DNA of 43,353 nt, taken from contig JBDREN010000169.1 of the NCBI GenBank assembly GCA_043819795.1, positions 1 through 43,353 on the forward strand, written 5' to 3'. The stretch comes from Elusimicrobiota bacterium (lineage in GTDB: Bacteria; Elusimicrobiota; Elusimicrobia; UBA1565). This document shows, piece by piece, positions 29,597-37,929 of this stretch. The position numbers were made by a program, and so were the translations under genes. The notes beneath the pieces are model-generated. The model was not told the origin of the DNA. It made no database searches and saw nothing but the letters and a program-made list of their open reading frames with translations. The stretch's first letter is position 1. Each line of letters begins with the position of its first letter.

Positions 29597-30858
29597 CAAG
29601 CCCTCAGCTCCACCGCGCTGTGCACGAGAGTCCCCCTCTTGAACACCGCGGCCACCAGGTTCGCGCCGAACCAGTAGGGGAGCTCCCGGTAGTCCGCGCA
29701 GTCGAGGACGATCGCGTCCCCCTCCTTGCCGACCTCCAAGGACCCGTGCGTCTTGCCCAGACCGAGGGCGTGGGCGCCGTTGATCGTGGCGGCCGTGATG
29801 GCCTCCTCGGGCGTCATGCGCATCCGGACCGTCGCGATCGAGAGGATCTCCGCCATGTTCCAGCACGGGCACGAGCCCGGGTTGAAGTCGGTGGCCAGGG
29901 CCACGGGCAGGCCCGCGTCGAGGATGCGCCGCGCCGGCGGGTATTCCTTGAGGCCCAGGAAATGGTTGGAGCCCGGCACGAGCCCGGCCACCGTGCCGCT
30001 CTCCTTGAGCCGGGCGAGGTCGTTGTCGTCGACGTGGTCAAGGTGGTCCGCCGACACGGCCTTGAGCCGGGCCGCCACCCCGGCCCCGCCGCTGCGGCTG
30101 AGCTGCTCGGCGTGGATCTTGACCGAGAGGCCGGCATCCTTGCCCGCGCCCAGGAACCGTTCGCATTCGCGCGCCGTGAAATAGCCCCTCTCGCAGAAGG
30201 CGTCCACGAAGCGAGCCAGCCCCTCCTCGGCCACGACCGGCAGGACCTCGGCGCAGAGCATGTCGATGTAGTCCCCGGGCTTCCCCTGATACTCCGGGGG
30301 GATGGCGTGCGCGCCCAGGAACGTCGGCACGAGCTCGAGAGGCGAGCCCGCCGCCACGTGCTTGATGGCGCGAAGCGCCTTGAGCTCCGAGTCCTTGTCC
30401 TGGCCGTAGCCGGTCTTCGCCTCCAAGGTCGTGGTCCCGCACTCGACGAAGCGCTGCGTCCGCTCCAGGAGCTTCAAAGACAGCTCGCGCTCGGTCGTCC
30501 CGCGGACGTCCCGGATGCTCGAGAGGATGCCGCCTCCCTCGGCCGCGATCTCCTGGTAGCTCTTGCCCTGGGACCTCAGGACGAAGTCCTTGAGACGCGG
30601 GGACGCGAATACCGGATGCGCATGGCTGTCGACGAATCCGGGCATGACGACGCGCCCGCCCGCGTCGTAGACGCGCCCCTTGCGCGCGTCGGGATGCTGC
30701 ATGACCAGGTCCATGAGCCCGACGGCCGCGATCCTGCCCTCCGCCAAGAGCAGAGCCCCGTTCCGGATGAGGCCCACGCGGTTCGCGTCCTTGCCGGCGC
30801 GCGGAACGTCGGGGCCGGAGAGCGTGAGAAGCGTCGCGTTCGTGATGAGGTGCTTCAT
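29596..30858 (-). CDS. hutI: Imidazolonepropionase
   Basis: PGFVDSHAHPVF, GGGILSS, EAKTGYG, TFLGAHA, KIHAEQL, SADHL, ALATDFNPGS. Confidence 0.95.
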   Translation of the reverse strand: MKHLITNATLLTLSGPDVPRAGKDANRVGLIRNGALLLAEGRIAAVGLMDLVMQHPDARKGRVYDAGGRVVMPGFVDSHAHPVFASPRLKDFVLRSQGKSYQEIAAEGGGILSSIRDVRGTTERELSLKLLERTQRFVECGTTTLEAKTGYGQDKDSELKALRAIKHVAAGSPLELVPTFLGAHAIPPEYQGKPGDYIDMLCAEVLPVVAEEGLARFVDAFCERGYFTARECERFLGAGKDAGLSVKIHAEQLSRSGGAGVAARLKAVSADHLDHVDDNDLARLKESGTVAGLVPGSNHFLGLKEYPPARRILDAGLPVALATDFNPGSCPCWNMAEILSIATVRMRMTPEEAITAATINGAHALGLGKTHGSLEVGKEGDAIVLDCADYRELPYWFGANLVAAVFKRGTLVHSAVELRA

Positions 30859-30963
30859 GGCGCAAGAACGACCACGATTCTACAAAATACGGGACGACGC
30901 TCCCCGTCGAAGGCCGAAGCCGGCCGCGAATAAGCTATAATATGCGTGTCGGGACGCGGATCA

Positions 30964-32241
30964 ATGACTGTAGAAACTCGCGATATCCCCATCCTCGCGG
31001 TCGACGACGAGCCAGGCGACTGCGATCTCAACAAGGCCATCCTGGAAGCCGCGGGCTTCCGCGTGGCGACCGCCCAGACCGCGCGCGAGGCCAAGGCTCT
31101 CCTGGCCGAGCGCTCCTTCGCGGTGCTCCTGGTGGACCTCCGCCTGCCCGACGCCAACGGCCTGGAGCTCCTCAAGATCGCCCGCGCCAACGATCCGCAT
31201 ACGGTCGCGGTCGTCATCACCGCCTTCTCGTCTTTGGAGGACGCCATCGCCTCCCTGCAGGCAGGAGCCTATGATTTCCTGCTCAAGCCCTGCCCGGCCG
31301 ACCGCCTCGAGGCCACGGTCCGCCGCGCCGCCGAGAAGTACGCCCTCAGCCGCGCGCTCACCCAGCGCACCCGCCAGCTCGAGGCCGTCAACGAGCACCT
31401 CGACACGCGCGTGCGCGAGGCCACCGAGGAGATCTTCGAGCTTAACGAGCGCCTCAAGCGCAAGAACGAGGAGCTCTCGGACACGAACAAGTCCCTGACT
31501 CACTTCCTCGAGGACGTGGCGCACGAGCTCCGCAACCCCCTCGGCGTGGTTCAGGGCTACGCGACCCTCCTGCTGAAAAGCCCCATCGGAGACTGGGACC
31601 CCGACGAGCTCAACCGCGGCCTGCGCAACATGGCCGCCAACAGCGAGCACATCCGCGCGCTGGTCGAGGAGCTGCTCGACGCCTCGCGCCTGGCGCGCCG
31701 CAAGCTCGTCTTGGACCCCGAGCGCTTCGCCGCGGCCGAGGCCGTCAGCGACGCGGTGGACTCCCTCCAGCTTCAAGCCAAGAAGCGGGACGTCCGGCTC
31801 GAGGCCGAACTCCCGCAGGACCTCGGCCTTCCGGTCTGCGCGGACCGCAAGCGCCTGCGCCAGGTCCTCTACAACCTGATCAGCAACGCGATCAAGTTCA
31901 CGCCGCCGGGCGGCCGGGTCGCGGTGGGCCTGCTCCCGGACGGGAGGTTCACGCGCTTCTACGTCTCCGACACGGGCAAGGGCATCCCCGAAGAGGACCT
32001 CGAACGCATCTTCGACCGGTTCTATCAGTCCTCCGGCGCCCCGTCCCGCGCGAAGGGCCTCGGGCTGGGCTTGAGCATCGTCGACGGCCTCGTCAAGCTG
32101 CACGGCGGCCTCATCTGGGCCGAGAGCGAGCCGGACCAGGGCGCCTGCTTCCACTTCGTCCTGCCCCGCCATCCCGACGACATGAAGCCCGACGCCGAAG
32201 AGAAGCGCCGGCTGGCGGAAGCGCTCGCCTCCCCGAACTGA
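30964..32241 (+). CDS. Hybrid cytoplasmic sensor histidine kinase (N-terminal receiver, coiled coil, HisKA, HATPase)
   Basis: LAVDDE, DLRLPD, KP; AHELRNPL; NLISNAIKFT, DTGKGI, GLGLGLSI. Alternative GTG start at 30946. Confidence 0.92.
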   Translation: MTVETRDIPILAVDDEPGDCDLNKAILEAAGFRVATAQTAREAKALLAERSFAVLLVDLRLPDANGLELLKIARANDPHTVAVVITAFSSLEDAIASLQAGAYDFLLKPCPADRLEATVRRAAEKYALSRALTQRTRQLEAVNEHLDTRVREATEEIFELNERLKRKNEELSDTNKSLTHFLEDVAHELRNPLGVVQGYATLLLKSPIGDWDPDELNRGLRNMAANSEHIRALVEELLDASRLARRKLVLDPERFAAAEAVSDAVDSLQLQAKKRDVRLEAELPQDLGLPVCADRKRLRQVLYNLISNAIKFTPPGGRVAVGLLPDGRFTRFYVSDTGKGIPEEDLERIFDRFYQSSGAPSRAKGLGLGLSIVDGLVKLHGGLIWAESEPDQGACFHFVLPRHPDDMKPDAEEKRRLAEALASPN

Positions 32242-32374
32242 CCCGCGCGGCTTCCCGCCGCGTCCGGCTTTCTTGTATTGAAACGGCCGCCTCCCGCCGA
32301 GCGGCTATCGTCTCAGCACGGGAGTACGTGCTGCGTAGCGAACAGGAAGTCTGCGCCGCGAGGCGGCTGCCGTT

Positions 32375-33286
32375 TTAGCGCCCGAGCAGGTGGCGCAAAG
32401 CGGGCTCCAGCTCGGGATGCCTGAACCGGAAGCCGGCTTTCTCGAGGCGGGCGGGCGCGACCTTCTGGCCGCCGAGCAATAAGGCCTCGCCCATCTCCCC
32501 GAACATCATCCTCACGGCGAATGCGGGAAGCGGGGTGACGGCCGGCCTTCGAAGCACTCGGCCGAGCGTCTTGGCGAACTCTCCGTTCCTCACGGGGTTG
32601 GGGGCCGTGGCGTTGACGGGCCCCGAGAGGCCGCCATCGAAGAGAGCGAAGCGGATCGCGGCGACCAGATCGGCTATCGAGATCCAGCTCATCCACTGTC
32701 TGCCGCCGCCCACGGGCCCGCCCACTCCCATGCGGAACGGAGGAAGCATCCTGCCCAAGGCCCCTCCGTCCGGGCTCAGCACCACGCCGATGCGCAGGTT
32801 GACCACGCGGATCCCGGCCTTGGAGGCCGGCATGCACGCCTCCTCCCAGCTCCCGCACACGTCGGCGAGGAATCCCGCGCCGGCCGGGCTCCTCTCGTCC
32901 ACGGCATCGAAGGAGTCGCCATAGAAACCCACGGCCGAGGCGCTGACCAGGACTTTGGGCTTGGGCTCGAGCCCGGCGAGCGTCCGGGCGAGAAGCTCCG
33001 TGCCCTTGACCCGGCTGTCGCGGATACTCGCCTTCTTCGCCTCGCTCCAGCGCCCGGCCGCGAGGTTCTCCCCGGCCAGGTTCACGGCGGCGTCGATCCC
33101 CTTGAGCTTGGCGGAGTCGATCTCGCCGGCCTCGGGATCCCAATGCGCGTCGTCGGCCCCGAGCTTGTCCTTGGCGCGCATGACGCGCACCACGCGATGG
33201 CTGTCGGCGAAAAGAGCGGTCGTGAGCGTCGAGCCCACGAGCCCCGTGGCTCCGGTGACGGCGATGCTCACAGTCTGCCCAGGCAT
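32375..33286 (-). CDS. TIGR01777-family NAD-dependent epimerase/oxidoreductase (YfcH-like)
   Basis: VTGATGLVG, VNLAGE, RW, SASAVGFYG, GFLADVCGSWE, GRQWMSWI, GPVNATAP, GFRFRHP. Confidence 0.92.
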   Translation of the reverse strand: MPGQTVSIAVTGATGLVGSTLTTALFADSHRVVRVMRAKDKLGADDAHWDPEAGEIDSAKLKGIDAAVNLAGENLAAGRWSEAKKASIRDSRVKGTELLARTLAGLEPKPKVLVSASAVGFYGDSFDAVDERSPAGAGFLADVCGSWEEACMPASKAGIRVVNLRIGVVLSPDGGALGRMLPPFRMGVGGPVGGGRQWMSWISIADLVAAIRFALFDGGLSGPVNATAPNPVRNGEFAKTLGRVLRRPAVTPLPAFAVRMMFGEMGEALLLGGQKVAPARLEKAGFRFRHPELEPALRHLLGR

Positions 33287-33377
33287 ATCGTCGAGCCCTC
33301 CTGTCCGCCGGGCGGGTCGGCGGCGTCCCGGACCCTCTCCGACCCGGCACGGCCGCGCAAAATTGTTATACTTAAGT

Positions 33378-33890
33378 ATGCCTACGAAGACAACCAAGAC
33401 CAAGAAGACCGCGGCCAAGGCCGCGAAGAAGAGCGGTGAGCTCAAGGTCGGCGACCGCGCGCCCGCGTTCGACCGTCCCGACGATTCCGGGAAGCGACAC
33501 AAGCTTTCGGCCTACAAGGGCAAGACCGTCGTCCTCTACTTCTACCCGAAAGACGACACCCCCGGCTGCACGATCGAGGCCTGCGACTTCCGCGACAGCT
33601 TCGCCGAGTTCACCAGGAGCGAGGCCGTCGTCCTCGGCGCCAGCTGCGACTCGCTCGCGTCCCACCGCGCTTTCAAGAGGAAGTTCGGCCTAAGCTTTTC
33701 CCTGCTTGTGGACGAGGACGGCAAGCTCGGCACCGCCTACGGCGTGCTCAAGCCCCAGAGCTATATGGGCCACATGTACATGGGCGTGGAGCGCACCACG
33801 TTCGTGATCGGCCCCGACGGCAAGATCAAGCGGATCTTCCGGCAGGTGAACCCGCAAGGTCACGCGTCGGAAGTGTTGGACTCTCTCTAG
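33378..33890 (+). CDS. bcp: Peroxiredoxin BCP/PrxQ with Lys-rich N-terminal extension
   Basis: VVLYFYPKDDTPGCTIEACDFRD, RTTFVIGPDG, GHASEVL. Confidence 0.92.
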   Translation: MPTKTTKTKKTAAKAAKKSGELKVGDRAPAFDRPDDSGKRHKLSAYKGKTVVLYFYPKDDTPGCTIEACDFRDSFAEFTRSEAVVLGASCDSLASHRAFKRKFGLSFSLLVDEDGKLGTAYGVLKPQSYMGHMYMGVERTTFVIGPDGKIKRIFRQVNPQGHASEVLDSL

Positions 33891-33920
33891 CCACGCGCAG
33901 TCGCCGTAGTCGGCGCAGTC

Positions 33921-33966
33921 GCCGGCCCGGGAATCGGGCGGACGGGATTCCCCGGGCCGGCTCTTT
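33921..33966 (+). terminator. Probable intrinsic terminator after bcp
   Basis: GCCGGCCCGGGAATC...GATTCCCCGGGCCGGC stem followed by TCTTT. Confidence 0.6.
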
Positions 33967-34103
33967 ACCGTCCCGCCGCGCTGCCCGCCGAGCCGCACGG
34001 CGACTCCGGCCGTCGTCCCCGCGACCCCAAGCTTCACCCAGTATCAATCTCATGAGCACTCTTGCGCGATCCGGCCGACCGGCGCACAGCCAATGCCAAG
34101 CGA

Positions 34104-34149
34104 CATGGCTTTGGATTATGACGCCCAGGTTCGAATCCTAGTGGGGCAG
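34104..34149 (+). pseudogene. 3' half of a tRNA-Gln(TTG) (pseudo-tRNA / attachment site)
   Basis: Anticodon arm CATGG-CTTTGGA-TTATG, variable ACGC, T-arm CCAGG-TTCGAAT-CCTAG (one mismatch), acceptor 3' strand TGGGGCA + discriminator G. No TGCCCCA 5' strand in the upstream intergenic region; only a D-arm-like GCCAAGCG at 34095. Confidence 0.75.
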
Positions 34150-34320
34150 ATGATTTGGACAGAGAGCCATTTGGGACACGATCTCAAATGGCTTTCTCCA
34201 TTGTGGGACGAGCTTTATTCCATCCAGCAAAAAGTTCGAGCACACCGAGGCCAAGATTTCTCTCTTCTGCGCGGCGTTCGCCAATTTGTACTGCTGGCAA
34301 CATGTATCAGACAGCTCGGA
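34138..34320 (-). pseudogene. C-terminal remnant of a large serine recombinase reading into the tRNA 3' end
   Basis: Hand translation SELSDTCCQQYKLANAAQKREILASVCSNFLLDGIKLVPQWRKPFEIVSQMALCPNHLPH*, matching the recalled KRxxL..SN..LDG.KL...RKPF...LP tail of tRNA-targeting recombinase-family proteins; in-frame TAG upstream at 34339-34341. Confidence 0.65.
34161..34197 (+). terminator. Hairpin immediately after the tRNA-Gln end
   Basis: AGAGAGCCATTTGGGA-CACGA-TCTCAAATGGCTTTCT, 16-bp stem with two G-U pairs. Confidence 0.65.
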
Positions 34321-34490
34321 TTCACACAGCCCTCCCGGCTACCCAATAGATCCATGCCCCTGCACGTGTGGAGAGTGATCAGTGCCGAGAGTTCGCACAC
34401 AAAGGATCCGACGATAAAGAGGATGGCTGGTGGAAGCGCGCAAAGGGCGAGCCTGGGCCGAAGGTCCGACTTCTATGGAGTGATCGGCCG

Positions 34491-35387
34491 TTACCTCAGG
34501 CGGACGCCCTTCACCCTGCCGAGCAGCTGGGGCGTCTGGTCGCGGTTGTCGGCGCGGGCGGCATCGCGCACGAAGGGCGTCAGGAACTCGTGCAGGTCCT
34601 TGAGCGACGTGCGCCGCTCGTTGAGGCCGCGAAGGAAGTGGTAGGTGAAGAGGCCGTGGCCCTGGGACTCTTCGCTTCCGGTGATCTCGTCGCCGGCCGA
34701 GGCCGCCAGGACCGCGACGCGGCCGATCCCTATCGAGGCGCCGTCCGTCTTGAGGACAAGGGGGCGTGTGCCCTTCGGGATGACGGACCTTCCGCCCGCG
34801 CCCGAGAAGCATGCGTCCAGGGCGACCACGACCTGCTTCGCCTTCAAGGCGTCCAGGCGCCGGTAGAGACGTTTGAGAGGGTAGGCCGTGTTGGCGAGAT
34901 ACTTGGGGTCGCCGTCCCACGGCAGCAGGTAGGCCGACCTCGTCTTGACGTCGGGGGCCCCGTGCCCGGAGAAGTACACGAGCACCTTGGACCGCTCGTC
35001 GACCTTCTCCGGCAGCCAGGATTCCACGTATTTTTCGATCGCGGCCCGCCCGGCGGACCGGCCGGTCAGCAACACGACGTTCCTGTCCGGATAGCCGAGA
35101 GCGAACAGGTGGGCGCGCACCGCCCGGGCGTCGCGCTCCGCGAAGTCGGCGTTCGGAAGCCCCTCGTAATGCTCGATCCCCACGATCACGGCGTACAGGT
35201 CTTTCCGCTCCTTGAGCCTGTAGTCCGGCTCGTCCACGTCCGATTTGTAGGTGCGCTGGGGGGACCCCTTCGTCTCGGCCGGAGGGGCGAGGTCCAGCCC
35301 CGCGAACGGGTCCCGCGTGGGAGGCGGCGCGAAAGGCGAGGCGCAGGCGCTGAGGGCCATGGCGAAGGGGAGGATCCATCGTCTCAT
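34491..35387 (-). CDS. Caspase-family (peptidase C14) lipoprotein, catalytic dyad intact
   Basis: Lipobox MRRWILPFAMALSAC; AVIVGIEHY, YFSGHG (His), LDACFSG (Cys), HGLFTYHFLRGL, QTPQ. Confidence 0.88.
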   Translation of the reverse strand: MRRWILPFAMALSACASPFAPPPTRDPFAGLDLAPPAETKGSPQRTYKSDVDEPDYRLKERKDLYAVIVGIEHYEGLPNADFAERDARAVRAHLFALGYPDRNVVLLTGRSAGRAAIEKYVESWLPEKVDERSKVLVYFSGHGAPDVKTRSAYLLPWDGDPKYLANTAYPLKRLYRRLDALKAKQVVVALDACFSGAGGRSVIPKGTRPLVLKTDGASIGIGRVAVLAASAGDEITGSEESQGHGLFTYHFLRGLNERRTSLKDLHEFLTPFVRDAARADNRDQTPQLLGRVKGVRLR

Positions 35388-35391
35388 CGCG

Positions 35392-36828
35392 TCACCTCAG
35401 TTTGACCCCTCCATCCCCGATGAGCCGCACGGTCTGCTCGCGGTTCTCCCTCCGCGCGGCGTCCGCCACGGCCTTCGCTGCCAGAGAGCGCAGTTCCTTG
35501 AGCTTGGCCTTCCCCTCCTCGCTCTGGAGGGCCTTGAGGAAATGGTACGTGAAAAGGCCGTGGCCCTGCGCGGTCGCCGCCCCCGCCTTCTCCGATGCGG
35601 CTGCGGCCGTCAAGACCGACAGGTTCGCCGGGACGGCGTTCTTCACCTCCATCACGAGCGGCCGGGCCCCCTTGGGCAGGACCGAGCGTCCCCCCGTGCC
35701 GGAGAACCCCGCGTCCAGCAGCACCACCACCTGCCGGGCCTTTTGCCCGGCAAGCTTCTCGTAGAGCCGCTTGAGCGGATAGCCCGTGCTGGCCAGAAAG
35801 CGCGGATCCCCGTCGCTCGGCAGGAGATACCTCTCGCCACTCTCCACGTCGGGAGCCCCGTGCCCCGCGAAATAGAACAACACGCGGGACTTCTTGCCGA
35901 CCCTCTCCGGCAGCCAGGACTCGACGTATTTCTCGACCGCCGCCCGGCCCGCGGCCGTCCCGACCGCGTAGGCGATGTTGCGGCGCGGGTAGCCCAAGGC
36001 CAGGAGGTTGTCCAGGACGGCCTGGGCGTCACGCTCGGCGAAGGCCGCCCGGGGCGAGTGGTCGTAGGCCTCCACTCCGACCACGACGGCGAAGAGGTCC
36101 TCCTCGACGGGGTGCAGGAAGGCGGGCCGGTCCACGTCGGAACGGATCGCGGAGAATCCGGCGTTCGCGGCCGCCGCTCCCTTCGCGCGGACCGCCTCGG
36201 CGTAGTTCCGGAGAGGCTCGGAGGCCAGGAGCTCCCGCTCGAGGTCGTAGCGCGCCTGGAGGTAGGCATCCCTGATCTTGACGTCCATCCTGCCGGTCCG
36301 TCGCTGAATGTGCACGACGCGGAGGGACTCCAGCTGCCGGCCGTTGGGGGTCAGGAAGATGGCCCCGTTGTCCACGGTGATCACCCCGGGATGTAGCAAG
36401 CACATATTCACGAGGACGCCTATGGGGAAGGTAATGGGGTTCATCAACCATGCATAGCGCAGGTCGATCTGGAATTTCGGCGACCGGATATCCACGACCG
36501 CCACAACGTCGGCGCCTGAGGCGGCCGCGTCCTTGAGCCGCCGGGCCAGGAACACCTTCTTGAAGTCCCGTTGGAGCATGCCGCTGATGTCTTCGAACAA
36601 CCCCTCCGGATCGAAGTCCCATCCGCCCAGCCGGCGGGCCCATTTCCGGCCCATCCGGCCGTACTCGATGGCGTCCTTGGTGTTCTGGGAGATCATCAGG
36701 GCCAGCGTGAGTTCCTTGTACGGGGACGCGGGCGGTTTGGCGCCGAAAGGGTCCACGGGGCGCGGGGTGGAGGCGCAGCCCGAAAGGAGCAGGCAAGCCG
36801 CCAGCGCGGCGGCCAGCGGCCTGCTCAT
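35392..36828 (-). CDS. Caspase-family (peptidase C14) lipoprotein, catalytic Cys replaced by Gly
   Basis: Lipobox MSRPLAAALAACLLLSGC; AVVVGVEAY, YFAGHG, LDAGFSG, HGLFTYHFL. Confidence 0.85.
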   Translation of the reverse strand: MSRPLAAALAACLLLSGCASTPRPVDPFGAKPPASPYKELTLALMISQNTKDAIEYGRMGRKWARRLGGWDFDPEGLFEDISGMLQRDFKKVFLARRLKDAAASGADVVAVVDIRSPKFQIDLRYAWLMNPITFPIGVLVNMCLLHPGVITVDNGAIFLTPNGRQLESLRVVHIQRRTGRMDVKIRDAYLQARYDLERELLASEPLRNYAEAVRAKGAAAANAGFSAIRSDVDRPAFLHPVEEDLFAVVVGVEAYDHSPRAAFAERDAQAVLDNLLALGYPRRNIAYAVGTAAGRAAVEKYVESWLPERVGKKSRVLFYFAGHGAPDVESGERYLLPSDGDPRFLASTGYPLKRLYEKLAGQKARQVVVLLDAGFSGTGGRSVLPKGARPLVMEVKNAVPANLSVLTAAAASEKAGAATAQGHGLFTYHFLKALQSEEGKAKLKELRSLAAKAVADAARRENREQTVRLIGDGGVKLR

Positions 36829-36931
36829 TCGGTCTCGGCGGACCCTAAGGGAATGCATCGGCTTTTGGACCCTCATTGTAAGCCTCATGCCTTTGGAAGT
36901 CAAGACTCATTAGAAGTGGTGGCAGTGCTCT

Positions 36932-37150
36932 TCATCCGTCGTGAATCACGGCTGGCTTCACACCGAGCCGAATACTTCCCAGTCTCTTCTGATTCCTGAC
37001 CATAGGCCTTGTTTGATGCAGCTCCCACTGTGAAACAGCCGTCTTCCCAACCCACAGCCCCTTCGCCAGATCGATCTGAGTCAGACCACGCTGAATCCTC
37101 AGATATCGGATTTTCTGACCTAAAGTCCTCGGTTTGCCGAGTTGGGCCAA
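36932..37150 (-). CDS. XRE-family HTH protein (possibly degenerate, start uncertain)
   Basis: PRTLGQKIRYLRIQRGLTQIDLAKGLWVGKTAVSQWE...RP; TTG start; AT-richer codons than neighbours. Confidence 0.65.
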   Translation of the reverse strand: MAQLGKPRTLGQKIRYLRIQRGLTQIDLAKGLWVGKTAVSQWELHQTRPMVRNQKRLGSIRLGVKPAVIHDG

Positions 37151-37194
37151 AATCGCCTCTTTGGCCGTCTGATGGCAGCAGCTGGAAACGGACG

Positions 37195-37227
37195 CGGAAA
37201 GTCCTTTCTATCAAATGACTCGGGCAG
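37195..37227 (+). repeat. att-like junction repeat, copy 1
   Basis: CGGAAAGTCCTTTCTATCAAATGACTCGGGCAG; followed by hairpin GAGCCCTCC-GCGA-GGAGGGCTT-TT (37251-37274). Confidence 0.9.
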
Positions 37228-37393
37228 TGACTCGAACGGCATACAGAACCGAGCCCTCCGCGAGGAGGGCTTTTCCCCGCCGGGAACGCTGCTGGGCACG
37301 GCTCACCTGGGAATTCGGAGCTGCGCTTGCAGGACCCCATCCGACAACCGATTCAAGGAGAAGCCGCCGCTGGACGGGGTCCGATAACGGCTC

Positions 37394-37927
37394 CTAGGAT
37401 TCCGGAGAGGTCCGCTCGCCTTCTTGGAAGATCTCCTCGACGAAGAATCTGGTCTTGGCGGGCACGCTGCGACGGGGATAGTATCGTTCGATCAGGGAGA
37501 ACACCGATTGGGGATCCTCTAGGCCGAGGTAGCGGATCAGAAAGCGAACGTCGTCGCGGTCATGAGTGTCGAACCTCGCTGATACGCACTTCATGGCCAG
37601 CATGTAGTCTGCCCGCGGGGCCCACACGCGAAGGTTGGAGAAATCCAAGACGACTTCCCTCGGAGGCTCCGCGTGGAAGTACCCCTTCGCGGCGTCGTTC
37701 AGCCAATCCTCGGGGAGATCGAACCTGCGGGCCACCGCCCGGACGGCCCGCCGCATCTCGCGGGTCGGCCTGAACACCGCATCCACGTCCTTCGTGGCCT
37801 TGCGCGCCTCGAAGACCAGGCACATCACGGCGCCGCCGCACATCCCCACCTCGCCCACGACATCCATCTTTTCCAGTTCCGCATTGAGGGCCTTGAAGAG
37901 CTTTCGGATGAGGTCTCGATCCAGCAT
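37394..37927 (-). CDS. Nucleotidyltransferase (DUF6036 / AbiEii-like), putative toxin
   Basis: CGGAVMCL...RKATKDVDAVF, DWLND, YMLAMK...AR...DRDD. Confidence 0.8.
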   Translation of the reverse strand: MLDRDLIRKLFKALNAELEKMDVVGEVGMCGGAVMCLVFEARKATKDVDAVFRPTREMRRAVRAVARRFDLPEDWLNDAAKGYFHAEPPREVVLDFSNLRVWAPRADYMLAMKCVSARFDTHDRDDVRFLIRYLGLEDPQSVFSLIERYYPRRSVPAKTRFFVEEIFQEGERTSPES

Positions 37928-37929
37928 GA

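Noticed and set aside
34104..34149. Functional tRNA-Gln gene
   Set aside because: No 5' acceptor strand or complete D-arm; mismatch in the T-stem.
34093..34644. 183-aa + strand ORF starting MPSDMALDY
   Set aside because: It runs through the tRNA remnant, the hairpin and antisense to the caspase gene, with no recognisable motifs.
36900..37340. ORFs 36900-37340, 38517-38747 and 40385-41224 as genuine genes
   Set aside because: They share only the junction-encoded peptide and otherwise stitch unrelated segments together; treated as att-spanning remnants.
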